Of a stretch of DNA of 64,000 nucleotides, positions 13,821-23,234 are shown piece after piece. The translations under genes and the position numbers were made by a program. How positions within the stretch are numbered: the stretch's first letter is position 1; every line of letters begins with the position of its first letter. The notes under the pieces were generated by a model. The model was not told where the DNA came from. It worked only from the letters and a program-made list of their open reading frames with translations, and searched no databases. Origin of the DNA: an uncultured Chloroflexia bacterium (GTDB lineage Bacteria; Chloroflexota; Limnocylindria; Limnocylindrales; CSP1-4); contig CAWHXD010000007.1 of assembly GCA_963833225.1 (NCBI GenBank), forward strand, positions 96,001-160,000. Direction: 5' to 3'.

Positions 13821-14090
13821 ATGACCGCAATCCCGCCGCCCGCCCTCGTCATGCTCGGACGCGACACCTGCGACGACACCGTCCGGTCCCGCGCCCTCCT
13901 CGACAGCCGTGGCATCCCGTACACCTACCTCAAGGTGGACGAGGACACCGCCGCCGACGCCTGGATCCGTCGCCTCAACGAAGGCGGCTGGCGCACCCCG
14001 ACGATCCTCATCGGCGACCCGGACGCTCCCGCGGCGATCCTGCGCGAGCCCACCGACGAGGATCTCCTGGCGGCCATCGGCCTCGCCTGA
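13821..14090 (+). CDS. Glutaredoxin/mycoredoxin-like protein (single-Cys CDDT motif)
   Basis: TCDDTVRSRALLDSRGIPYTY..VDED..A..WI..N.G...TPTI..LREP. Confidence 0.75.
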   Translation: MTAIPPPALVMLGRDTCDDTVRSRALLDSRGIPYTYLKVDEDTAADAWIRRLNEGGWRTPTILIGDPDAPAAILREPTDEDLLAAIGLA

Positions 14091-14118
14091 CCCGTCCGAG
14101 GCAGGGCCGCCCGGCCGG

Positions 14119-15286
14119 TCAGGCCGGGATCACCGGGTCGATCGGGTAGGGCAGCAGGATCTCGCCGCCATCGGGCGTCACGCGGTAGACGTCCTCGTGC
14201 CGGACCCCGCCGAAGCCCGGGATCGCGAGGATGGTGTGCCCGATGGTGATGGTCATGCCCTCCCGCAGCGGGACGTTGCGGTGGGGCGGGATGATCGTCG
14301 ACGCTGGCGTCTCCTCGAACCGGAGGCCCAGGCCGTGGCCGATCCCGTTGACCTGGTACTCGCCAAGCCCGCGCTCCCCGAGCACCGCTCCCGCCCGCGC
14401 ATCGAGCTGGGCCACGGTGGCGCCCGGGCGCATCGCGGTGCGAACGGCGGGGATCAGGGCCTCGTACGCCTCGAGCAGGGCGCGCTGCCGGGCGTCGGGC
14501 TCGCCCAGGACGAACGTCCGGGCGAGGTTGGCGCAGTAGCCTTCGACCATGGGGGTGAGGTCGATGACGACCAGGTCGCCGGTCCGCATCGGTTGCGGGC
14601 TCTGCCACCCGTGGAGCATGCACGTCTCGCGTCCGACGTTGACGTAGACCGGGGTGCTGGTCCGGCTCGCCCCGGCCCGCATCATCGCGTACATCGCCTC
14701 GGTGGCCACGTCGTGGGCGCTCGCGCCGTCACGCAGCAGGGTGCGGGCTCGATCCATGCCGATCCCGGCAACGCGCTGGGCCTCGGCCATGGCGGCGATC
14801 TCGGCAGGCTCCTTCACCCCACGCAGCGGATCCATGATCGGATCCGAGGACACGAGCTCGACGCCCGGGTTCACCTTCTTGAACATGTCCACGAGGAAGG
14901 CCGGCGTGTCGAACCACAGCTGCATCGCGATGCGGAGGCGGGTTCCGCCGTCCGCCCCGGCCGTCTCCGCTCGATCCGCTCTGCGCCGCGATCTCGCGCA
15001 GCCGGGTGACCACGTCGTTGATCTGGCCACCGACCGAGCCCCAGATCATGACGGGGCCGCCGCCGGTCAGGTCGCGGAGCTCGTCCTCCTCGGCCCTGAA
15101 GGCGACCAGCGCCGGCTCGCCGGCCGCCGGGATGATCGCCCTCGGCTGGGCCCGGTCGAAGCCGAAGAACCAGCGGTAGTCGTCGTGGTTCATGACCACG
15201 ATCGCGGCCACGCCCTGCTCGCGCATCAGCGCCTGGGCGCGCTCGATGCGATCGAAACGGACGGTGGATGGGGTCTGGGCGGTCAC
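14119..15286 (-). CDS. M24 family (Xaa-Pro peptidase/creatinase-like) protein (frameshift near 14980)
   Basis: N-terminal RIERAQALMREQGVAAIVV..YRWFFGF; LRGVKEPAEI; GDLVVID; GHGLGL; GGVRHEDVY. Confidence 0.85.
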
Positions 15287-15401
15287 ATGGGGATCGTGCC
15301 ACGGCTGGCCGGTCTGCGTCGCGGATGGGCAGAGCCCGGTCCCGACCGGGCCGTGGCACGTGGATGCCCCCCCGGGGCCCGTTACCTCACCTGGCAGGGC
15401 A

Positions 15402-16207
15402 TCAGGTGGTGAACGCCTCGTGCAGCGCCCGCTGGGCAACGTCGTCGACGCCGAGGCCACTGGCCAGGTAGGCGTCGACGGACCCGTACCCCGATCGCAG
15501 CTCATCGATCGCCGCCTCGAGGTAGACGGGGCGGACGTCGAACACGGGCACGAACAGCTCCGGGTCGGCCCCCCGCGCCGCCAGTCCCTCGAGCATCCCG
15601 GTGACGAACGAGGCAAGGCGTACCGCGGCTCTCGAGGTAGTGGGCCATCACGGCGTCGTCGGGCACGTCGAGCAGCAGTTGGATCAGGGCGGCCGCCCAG
15701 CCGGTGCGATCCTTGCCCGTCGTGCAGTGGACGAGCGCCGGTCGGCTTGCGTCGTGCGGCGAGGTCCCGCAGCAACATGCCATAGGCGGCGCGGGCGCTC
15801 GGGCCGCGGACGAACGCGCGGTATTGCTCCACCCATAGCGCCTCGGCCCGGCCTTCCCCGAGACCGGCGCGCGCGGCCGCCGGGTCGGCGACCCAGTCGA
15901 ACAGCTGCGATGGGCCACCGGTCCATCCGGCGAGCACATCGGCCGGCACATGGCGCGACCCGGCCGGGAGCCGATCGGGCGCCTCCGCCTGCTCGCGGGC
16001 GAGGCGCAGGTCGTAGACGGTCCGGATGTCGAGCCGCTCAACCGCCGTGACGTCTCCGGGATCGAGCTGGTGGAGGCCGGCGGCGCGGTACAGCAGCCCG
16101 GTCCGGACGAGCCCGCCGGCGCGCGTCCGGAGGCCACCAACGTCGCGCAGGTTGGGAATCGACGGGATGGCGAGGCGGTCATCCGCGGCACCGATCGTCA
16201 CCCGCAT
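15402..16207 (-). CDS. Tyrosine/serine phosphatase, Y_phosphatase3 family (two frameshifts)
   Basis: PNLRDVGG..VRTGLLYRA, YDLR, P-loop HCTTGKDRTG, C-terminal YGSVDAYLASGLG. Confidence 0.85.
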
Positions 16208-17528
16208 TGGCCCCGCCCAACGCCTCCGTGCTCGTGATCACCCAGGTGGACCCCTCGGCCGAGTCGCGAACCTCGATCCCGGCGGCGGTCAGCTGATCGC
16301 GAATACGGTCGGCCGCGGCCCAGTCGCGCGCCGCTCTCGCCTGGTCGCGCGCCGCGAGCAGGGCGCCGACCAGCGGTTCGAGCTGCTCCCGGCCGATCCC
16401 ACCGCTCGAGCCGGCGGCGGCCCGATCGCCGAGGCGCACGATCAAGGAACGGAACGTGGCGCTCGCGTTGTCGAGGTCGGGGCTGTCCTCGCCCGCGCGC
16501 ACGCGCGCCGAGATCGCGCTGTCGAGGTCGAGGAGGGCGCCGACGGCCGCGCGGTGGTCACCCCCTGAGAGCGCGGCCACGAACGTTCCCTCGAGCTCGG
16601 TCATCTCGTCGCGAAGCGGAGCGGCCGGCCGGGTTGCGAGGCCAGCACGAGCCGCCGGGCTGGCGGCCTCCGCGCTGGAGATCGCCGCATCACGGACGTC
16701 GTCGGCGGATCGCCCGGCGGCAAGGCCGCGCGCCGCTTCCCCGAGCGCCTCGATGGCGATCGTCTCACCGGACGTGAACCGGGTGCTGCGCCCGTCAACG
16801 CGGACGGTGACCCCACCGAGGCCGGCAATGGACCCGACTCCGGCGTCGAGGTCCACCAGCAGGGCGGTGTGGCTGTCCACGCCCAGCACGAACACGTCCT
16901 CGGGCAGCAGCGCCTCGAGCATCCGCAGCCGGCGCTCGCCCATGTAGCAGAAGCGCGTGTCGTGGTTGCCGCCCTCGGCGTTGTCGTAGTGGGGGACCAC
17001 GGCTGCCCGCAACCCCGTGGCGCGGCCCAGCAGGTCGAGGCCCTCGAGCCATCGCGGTTCCTCGCCCACCTTGTAGATCTCGTAGACGGGGATCGTGACC
17101 ACGCCCAGCGTGAGGGCGGCGGCGCTCGCCATCGTCAGGATCCCGCCACTCGCGGTCTTCTCCGCCAGGGCATCCGGAATGGGTCCGCCCGACCACTGGT
17201 AGAGGGCGTAGCTCGGGCTGCCGGGGCCGGCCATCACGTAGCGTGCCTCCCGGATCCGGGCCAGCGCCGTCGCCGCGACGAGGGCGTCGACCTCCCGGGA
17301 GCGCAGCGACGCCACCTCGACGGGGTTGCCGACGCTGGTCTCGAAGAAGGTCATCGTCCGGGCCGAGAGCTCGTCCGCGTTCTCCTGGAAGCCGTACGGG
17401 GTGTCCAGGATGACCGCCGGCACGGGTCCGCCGTCGAACCGGTCGAACAGGGCCCGGTGCACCTTGGCCATCGCGGGCGCCGTCTCACCCGAGCCCATGA
17501 TGGCGAGGATCCGGGGTCCGCCGCTCAT
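16179..17528 (-). CDS. Peptidase S51/cyanophycinase-like protein fused to a C-terminal CysRS anticodon-binding-like domain
   Basis: MGSGETAP, DTPYGFQENA, AGPGSP, ASAAALTLG, PHYDNAEGGNHDTRFC; C-terminal ARAARDWAAADRIRDQLTAAGIEVRDSAEGSTW. Confidence 0.75.
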   Translation of the reverse strand: MSGGPRILAIMGSGETAPAMAKVHRALFDRFDGGPVPAVILDTPYGFQENADELSARTMTFFETSVGNPVEVASLRSREVDALVAATALARIREARYVMAGPGSPSYALYQWSGGPIPDALAEKTASGGILTMASAAALTLGVVTIPVYEIYKVGEEPRWLEGLDLLGRATGLRAAVVPHYDNAEGGNHDTRFCYMGERRLRMLEALLPEDVFVLGVDSHTALLVDLDAGVGSIAGLGGVTVRVDGRSTRFTSGETIAIEALGEAARGLAAGRSADDVRDAAISSAEAASPAARAGLATRPAAPLRDEMTELEGTFVAALSGGDHRAAVGALLDLDSAISARVRAGEDSPDLDNASATFRSLIVRLGDRAAAGSSGGIGREQLEPLVGALLAARDQARAARDWAAADRIRDQLTAAGIEVRDSAEGSTWVITSTEALGGANAGDDRCRG

Positions 17529-18399
17529 CCGAAGAACCCGCGCTCGGCCTGGTCGATCATCACATCGGCAAGTTCGCGCGGGTGCTGCGCGTGGATGTCA
17601 TGGTCGCCGGTGAACCACGTGGCGTGCGCACTTGCCAGCGACGAGAGGGCGAGGCCCACACCGTCACGCTTCTGCGCCTCGCGCGATGCATCCCCGGTGT
17701 CCGCCGGGACGAGGAGGACCGGTACCCGCACGTCCTGGTAGCGCTGGGACGGGTGGTGCTCCCACAGCCCGCGAAGGACGGCGACATGACGGTCGAAGGT
17801 GAGCCAGGGAGCCACGGTGCCGTCGGCGCGAAGCTCGAAGTTCGCGAGCACGCCCGCGATGCCGGTCTCGGGCCAGTCGGAGTGCGCCCGCCGGACGTAC
17901 CCCTCGATGTCGACCCGCTTGAGCCCCGCCAGCCGTGGCGGGGCCAGGGCCTCGAGGCATGCTTCCCAGCTGGGAAACGCGGTGCTCGGCTCCAGCCAGC
18001 CGCCATCGACGCAGACGATGCCGCGCACCGCGTCTCCGGGTGGCGCGCGGCGAGCTCCAGGACCACGTTGCCGCCCCAGGACTGGCCCGCGACCACCGGG
18101 CGATCCAGCCCGAGCTCCGTGATCAGCCTCGCAACGTCGTCGGCCACGGTGGGCACGTCGTACGGCCCGTCGGGCTTGGATGACCGCCCGTGACCGCGTA
18201 GGTCCACCGTGACGGCAGGATGGCCGCGCTCCGTGAGCCGCGCGGCGACGCCGTCCCACATCCGGGCGTTCGAGGCGAGGCCGTGGACCAGGACGAACGG
18301 CGCGACGCCATCGGCCACCGTGGACGCGTTGCGGTCCGGTGCCCACCTGTCCGCGACCAGCTCCACCCCGTCGGCGACGTCGATCCGAAGCGTCTCCAT
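17525..18399 (-). CDS. Alpha/beta hydrolase (frameshift near 18030)
   Basis: VLVHGLASN, DLRGHGRS, nucleophile elbow GQSWGG, GDHDIH. Confidence 0.85.
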
Positions 18400-18498
18400 G
18401 TCGCTGAGTATGGCGCCGCAACGCCGGCCCCGCGAAGCGCCACCTCCGTCTACCATCGCCGCCAGGTCCACCTCGTTCGCAGGAGCCGCTTCGTGACC

Positions 18499-20025
18499 AT
18501 GGACGACCGCGGGGCGCTTCGTCGGCGCCCACGCCGCACCGCTCCGGGCATCCCGCAGCTGCCTCCACGGCGCCTCGTCAACCCGTTCCCGCCGGCGGAG
18601 GTCCTCTCGGCGGACCAGGTGGAGGCGATCCACCGAGCCTCGCTGGAGATCCTGCGCGACACGGGGATCGAGGTCCTCGGTGACCGGGCGATGGACCTGC
18701 TGCGCGGTGCGGGCGCGTCGATCGACGCCGCCAACCGCCGCGTCCGCCTGGACCCCGACCAGGTCCAGGAGCTGATCCGGACCGCCCCCGAGGTGTTTGA
18801 GCTCCACGCCCGCAACCCGGCCTGGAACTCCGTCATCGGCGGCCGCAACCTCGTCTTCTGCTCGGTCGGCGGCCCGGCGTTCGCGAGCGACACGATCCGG
18901 GGACGGCGCCCCGGGACGTTCGCGGACATGCGGGACCTGACCCGCCTCGTCGGGCGCCTCAACGTCCTCCACCAGGAGGGTGGCGGCGCCGTGGAGCCCA
19001 CCGACATCCCCGTCCCGGTTCGCCACCTCGAGATGTACCGCGCGTTCGCGACCCTCCTTGACAAGACCTGGCACTCGCTCGCGTACGGCCGGGTGACCGT
19101 GGAGGACGCGATCGAGATCGCGTGCCGGATGCGCGGCGTGTCGCGCGAGCAGCTGGCGCAGGAGCCCAGCCTGATCACGGTGGTCAACACCAACAGCCCG
19201 CTTCGCTTCGACGGCCCGATGTCGGAGGGCCTGATCGCGATGGCCGAGGCCGGCCAGGCCGTGATCGCCACCCCGTTCACGCTGTCGGGTGCGATGAGCC
19301 CGGTCACCCTGGCGGGCTCGATCGCGCTCCAGAACGCCGAGGCGCTGTTCATGGTCTCCCTCTCGCAGCTCGCCCGGCGCGGTGCCCCCATCGTCTACGG
19401 CGGCTTCACGTCCAACGTCGACATGCGCACCGGGTCGCCCGCGTTCGGCACGCCCGAGTACGTGAAGGGCCAGATGGCGACCGGCCAGATGGCGCGCCGC
19501 TACGGACTTCCCTGGAGGTCGTCCAACGTGACGGCGTCGCCCGTCGTCGACGCACAGGCCGCGTACGAGAGCGAGATGGCGATCTGGGGCGCGGTGATGA
19601 GCGGTGTCAACGTCCTGTACCAGGGCGCCGGGTGGCTGGAGGGCGGCCTCACCGCGTCGTTCGAGAAGATGGTCCTGGACGCGGAGCTGCTCCAGCTCAT
19701 CTCCGAGGTGCTCCAGCCGGTGGTGGTGGACGAGGCGAGCCTGGGCCTTGCCGCGATCGCGGACGTCGGTCCCGGCGGCCACTTCTTCGGGACCGGGCAC
19801 ACGCTGGAGCGCTACGAGACCGCCTTCTACCAGCCGATGATCAGCGACTGGCGCAACTATGAGACCTGGGCGGAGGACGGCGCGCGGACGGCGACGGACC
19901 GGGCGGCGACCACCTGGCAGCGGCTGCTCGACGGGGGCGAGGACCCGCCGATGGACGAGGGCGTCCGCGAGTCGATCGACGAGTACGTCGACCGCCGCAA
20001 GGCGGAGATCACCTCCGGGAGGTGA
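18499..20025 (+). CDS. Trimethylamine methyltransferase MttB superfamily, non-pyrrolysine (MtgB-like)
   Basis: IHRASLEILRDTGI, NTNSPL, GAMSPVTLAG, DMRTGSPAFGTPE, DAQAAYES, GWLEGGLTASFEK, GPGGHF; no in-frame amber. Confidence 0.9.
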   Translation: MDDRGALRRRPRRTAPGIPQLPPRRLVNPFPPAEVLSADQVEAIHRASLEILRDTGIEVLGDRAMDLLRGAGASIDAANRRVRLDPDQVQELIRTAPEVFELHARNPAWNSVIGGRNLVFCSVGGPAFASDTIRGRRPGTFADMRDLTRLVGRLNVLHQEGGGAVEPTDIPVPVRHLEMYRAFATLLDKTWHSLAYGRVTVEDAIEIACRMRGVSREQLAQEPSLITVVNTNSPLRFDGPMSEGLIAMAEAGQAVIATPFTLSGAMSPVTLAGSIALQNAEALFMVSLSQLARRGAPIVYGGFTSNVDMRTGSPAFGTPEYVKGQMATGQMARRYGLPWRSSNVTASPVVDAQAAYESEMAIWGAVMSGVNVLYQGAGWLEGGLTASFEKMVLDAELLQLISEVLQPVVVDEASLGLAAIADVGPGGHFFGTGHTLERYETAFYQPMISDWRNYETWAEDGARTATDRAATTWQRLLDGGEDPPMDEGVRESIDEYVDRRKAEITSGR

Positions 20026-20172
20026 GCGTCACACGGCCAGCTCGGACGTCTGCCGAGATCCAGCCGCCGGCTCATCATATCCGGCTGAGGGGTGCCCACG
20101 GGTGTGTGCTCGATCACGTTTGGCGGTCCGCCGGCGTCGGTTGCCGGCCCTTGCCCCCTGGCGGCGCCCGGG

Positions 20173-21342
20173 TCAGCGGGTGACGGGCGTGAGCCTCCGG
20201 AGCGACGTCGCCGGGACGGCACTCGGGCGCGAGACCTTGGCGAAGATCCGCGAATAGGCGGCACCCGCCTCGCACCAGATCTCGCCCCGCGTGGCCTCCC
20301 AGGCCTTGCGGCCGTACCCGTCACGGACCCGCGGATTGCCCAGGAGCCGAAGCACGGCGGCGGAGATCGCGGCCGGGGAGCGGTCGGCGAGCATGACCCC
20401 GCGACCCCGCGACAGGCGCGTCTTGGCGTACGTCGACGGCGACGCGATGACGGCGCGGCCGGCGCTCATGGCGTAGGCGATCGTTCCCGACGCGAGCCGG
20501 TCCGGATCCGTGTACGGCGCAAGGACGATGTCGGCCGCCTCGACCCAGCGGGCGAGCTCCACTCGCCCGACGAACCGGTTCTCGAACCGCACGTGATCGC
20601 CGAGGCCCAGCTTCCCGACCATGGCGACCAGGCGCTCACGGTAGGCCTCGCCCTCGATTCCCAGGAGGTCCACGTGCGTGGCCCCCAGGATCACGTACAG
20701 GGCGTTGGCGTTCGCATCGACGACGGCGCGCATGGCCTCGATCGCGGCCTCGTAGCCCTTGCCGGGATCCATGAGGCCGAAGCTCAGCAGCAGGTGACGG
20801 CCCTCGAGACCGAGGCGCGGCTTGACCGTCTCGGGGTCCACGAGGGGCAGGTTGGGCACGCCATGGGGCACCACCTCGACGGCCCCGGGCCGCGCACCGT
20901 ACGTGCGCACGAGAAGGGTGGCTGCCTCGGGCGACTGGACGACGACCGCCGCGGACGCATCGGCGATGCGCCGGAGGACGCTCAGCTCGCCGGGCGTGGG
21001 CCGCCGGGGAACGGTGTGCAGGGTGGTGACGGCCGGCAGACCGAGCGCCCCGAGGAGCGTGAGGATGGATTCGCCATCCTGGCCGCCCCAGATGCTCGGC
21101 TCGAACTGGAGGGACACCACGTCCACCGACGACGCGTTGAGGGATTCGGCGGCGAGCGCGTAGTCCTCGGGCTCGTCACGGCGGATCCGGTGCTGGACCT
21201 CGGCCGGGTAGGTTGCCGGCCCGTCCGGCGGGTGGAGCACCACGATCTGGCGGGGAAATGCCGCGGTTGCCAGGTCGTAGGTGAACGAGGCGACCGCGCA
21301 GGGGTGCGGGGAATAGGTAGAGACGAATGCGGTCGTTGTGAT
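20173..21342 (-). CDS. Glycosyltransferase family 4 (start codon uncertain)
   Basis: FVSTYSPHPCAVASFT, VTTLHTV, VPHGVP, SFGLMDPGKGYE, LGATH, SGTIAYAMSAG. Confidence 0.85.
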   Translation of the reverse strand: MTTTAFVSTYSPHPCAVASFTYDLATAAFPRQIVVLHPPDGPATYPAEVQHRIRRDEPEDYALAAESLNASSVDVVSLQFEPSIWGGQDGESILTLLGALGLPAVTTLHTVPRRPTPGELSVLRRIADASAAVVVQSPEAATLLVRTYGARPGAVEVVPHGVPNLPLVDPETVKPRLGLEGRHLLLSFGLMDPGKGYEAAIEAMRAVVDANANALYVILGATHVDLLGIEGEAYRERLVAMVGKLGLGDHVRFENRFVGRVELARWVEAADIVLAPYTDPDRLASGTIAYAMSAGRAVIASPSTYAKTRLSRGRGVMLADRSPAAISAAVLRLLGNPRVRDGYGRKAWEATRGEIWCEAGAAYSRIFAKVSRPSAVPATSLRRLTPVTR

Positions 21343-21363
21343 CGTGGTGCTCCGTTCGAGGGA

Positions 21364-21387
21364 CGGCCGCCCCGCTCGGGGCGGCCG
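21364..21387 (-). terminator. GC-rich hairpin between cspA and GT4
   Basis: cggccgccccg-ct-cggggcggccg perfect inverted repeat; no U-tract. Confidence 0.45.
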
Positions 21388-21397
21388 CCTGTGCGGC

Positions 21398-21601
21398 CTA
21401 GGCCGCGGTGACCCGAATGGCCCGCGGACCCTTGGGGCTCTGCTCGATCTCGAACGTGACCTGCTCACCACCGGTGAGCGAATTGAACTCGAGGGGGGGC
21501 TGCAGCCCGCCGCGGTGGAAGAAGTAGTCCTTCCCGTCCTCGGCAGTGATGAAGCCGAAGCCGCGATCGGCGACGACCTTCTTGATGGTGCCCGTACTCA
21601 T
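21398..21601 (-). CDS. cspA: Cold-shock protein (CSD)
   Basis: MSTGTIKKVVADRGFGFI..DYFFH..GEQVTFEIEQSPKGPRA; RNP1 and RNP2 motifs. Confidence 0.95.
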   Translation of the reverse strand: MSTGTIKKVVADRGFGFITAEDGKDYFFHRGGLQPPLEFNSLTGGEQVTFEIEQSPKGPRAIRVTAA

Positions 21602-21763
21602 GGGGCTGATCCCTTTCCTCTTCCCGAACTGGAAAGCAGACGCACGGTCCGTTCGAGAAGGGGGGGTCGACCACGCGGAGCGCTACCACGAGTTGCGGCG
21701 GCCGATCAAAGGTACCCGGAATCGGCCGATTCCACAATGCGGAGCCCCCAGGTTGCGGCAGCC

Positions 21764-22099
21764 TCAGCGGATGATCGGCCGCCCGCTTCGTGCCCAGGCG
21801 CCGGTGCCACCGCGGACCGACACCGTGCCCTCGAACCCCGAGTCGAGCAGCAGGTTGGTCGCCGCGCGGCTCCTGTTGCCCGACTGGCAGATCACGGCGT
21901 ATGGCTTGTCGCGCTTGAGCTTCGCCAGGCGATCGGGGAGGCGTCGAACCGGAACGTGGATGGCATTGGGCAGGTGGCCACTCCGGAACTCGTGGTCCTC
22001 GCGGACGTCGAGGACGCGGACGGAGCCTTCCGCGAGCAGGGCATCGAGCTCGACGATATCGATCGTCGGCGGACCGAGCCGACGCAGGAATGAGAACAC
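21764..22099 (-). CDS. Rhodanese-like domain protein
   Basis: GGAGG plus GTG; VLDVREDHEFRSGHLPNAIHVP, active site CQSGNRS, GGTGAW. Confidence 0.9.
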   Translation of the reverse strand: MFSFLRRLGPPTIDIVELDALLAEGSVRVLDVREDHEFRSGHLPNAIHVPVRRLPDRLAKLKRDKPYAVICQSGNRSRAATNLLLDSGFEGTVSVRGGTGAWARSGRPIIR

Positions 22100-22213
22100 G
22101 GGACCTCCGGGAGCCAGCCGGGTCATCCCGGCAGTGCTGGACGCGGCGGAGGATACGGGAGGTCGGGCGATCCGGCCCCGCAGCCGGCGCCGTAGACTGC
22201 CCGGGGAGGTTGA

Positions 22214-23101
22214 ATGCTCGGGATCTGGCGCCTGCAGCTCCTCAGCGAGGTCGCTCGACGTGGGACCATCCGCGCGGCCGCCGAGGCGATGTCCATCACG
22301 CCGTCTGGTGTGAGCCAGCAGCTCCGGATCCTGGAGAGCGAGGCCGGGGTCCCGCTGCTGGAACCGCACGGCCGCGGCGTTCGCCTCACCGATGCCGGGA
22401 AGATGCTGGTCCGCCACGCGGACACGATCACCGCGGCCATCGACGCCGCCGAGGCCGAGCTCGCGGCGATGCAGCGCGAGATCAGCGGCACGCTCCGCAT
22501 CGCCGCCTTCCCCACGGCAGCCCGCGCGATCCTGCCGGGCGTCATCGCGCACCTGGGCAGCGCCCATCCGCGGCTGAGGCTGACGCTGCGCGACCTGGAG
22601 ACCGACGAGAGCCTTGCCGCGCTGCGCCTCGACGAGGTGGACCTGGCGGTGGTCGACGTCTACGACGAGGCGACGCTGATCCACGAGCCAGGCCTGGAGC
22701 TGATCGGGCTGATGGAGGATCCGCTGTACCTCGCGATCCCGGGCAATCCGGGGCTGGTCGATGTTCCCGTGGCGCTCGCCGCCCAGCGTGATGCCGCGTG
22801 GATCATGGACACCGAGACCAGTCGGATCCACGGTGCCGTCCGGCGCCACTGCCTGCGGGCCGGGTTTGAGCCCAACGTGCGGTCCAACTGCCGCGACTAC
22901 AGCGTGATCATCGCGCTGGTGGAGGCAGGTCTCGGGGTGGCGGTCCTGCCCGGGCTTGCGCTCCGCGACAGGGCGGTTCGGGCCACCGTGGCGCCGATCG
23001 ACGGCGGTCTCGTCCGACAGGTCCTGGTCGCCGTCAAGCCGGAGCGCCGGACGCACCCCGCGGTGGCCGCGACGCTCGACGCCCTGCTGCCGACCAGGTA
23101 G
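22214..23101 (+). CDS. LysR family transcriptional regulator
   Basis: HTH GTIRAAAEAMSITPSGVSQQLRILE..GVPLL..GRGVRLTDAG; LVEAGLGVAVLP. Confidence 0.95.
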   Translation: MLGIWRLQLLSEVARRGTIRAAAEAMSITPSGVSQQLRILESEAGVPLLEPHGRGVRLTDAGKMLVRHADTITAAIDAAEAELAAMQREISGTLRIAAFPTAARAILPGVIAHLGSAHPRLRLTLRDLETDESLAALRLDEVDLAVVDVYDEATLIHEPGLELIGLMEDPLYLAIPGNPGLVDVPVALAAQRDAAWIMDTETSRIHGAVRRHCLRAGFEPNVRSNCRDYSVIIALVEAGLGVAVLPGLALRDRAVRATVAPIDGGLVRQVLVAVKPERRTHPAVAATLDALLPTR

Positions 23102-23234
23102 TCATTCTTCACGGACACGGTAGCAACACACGCTGGACGCTACCGGATCTGACGTGAGATGGTTCGGCTCATGGCGGGGACTGCGAGTCACCGCGCTCGA
23201 GAGTCCGCCCTGCCGCCGCACCCGGAGTGCCACC

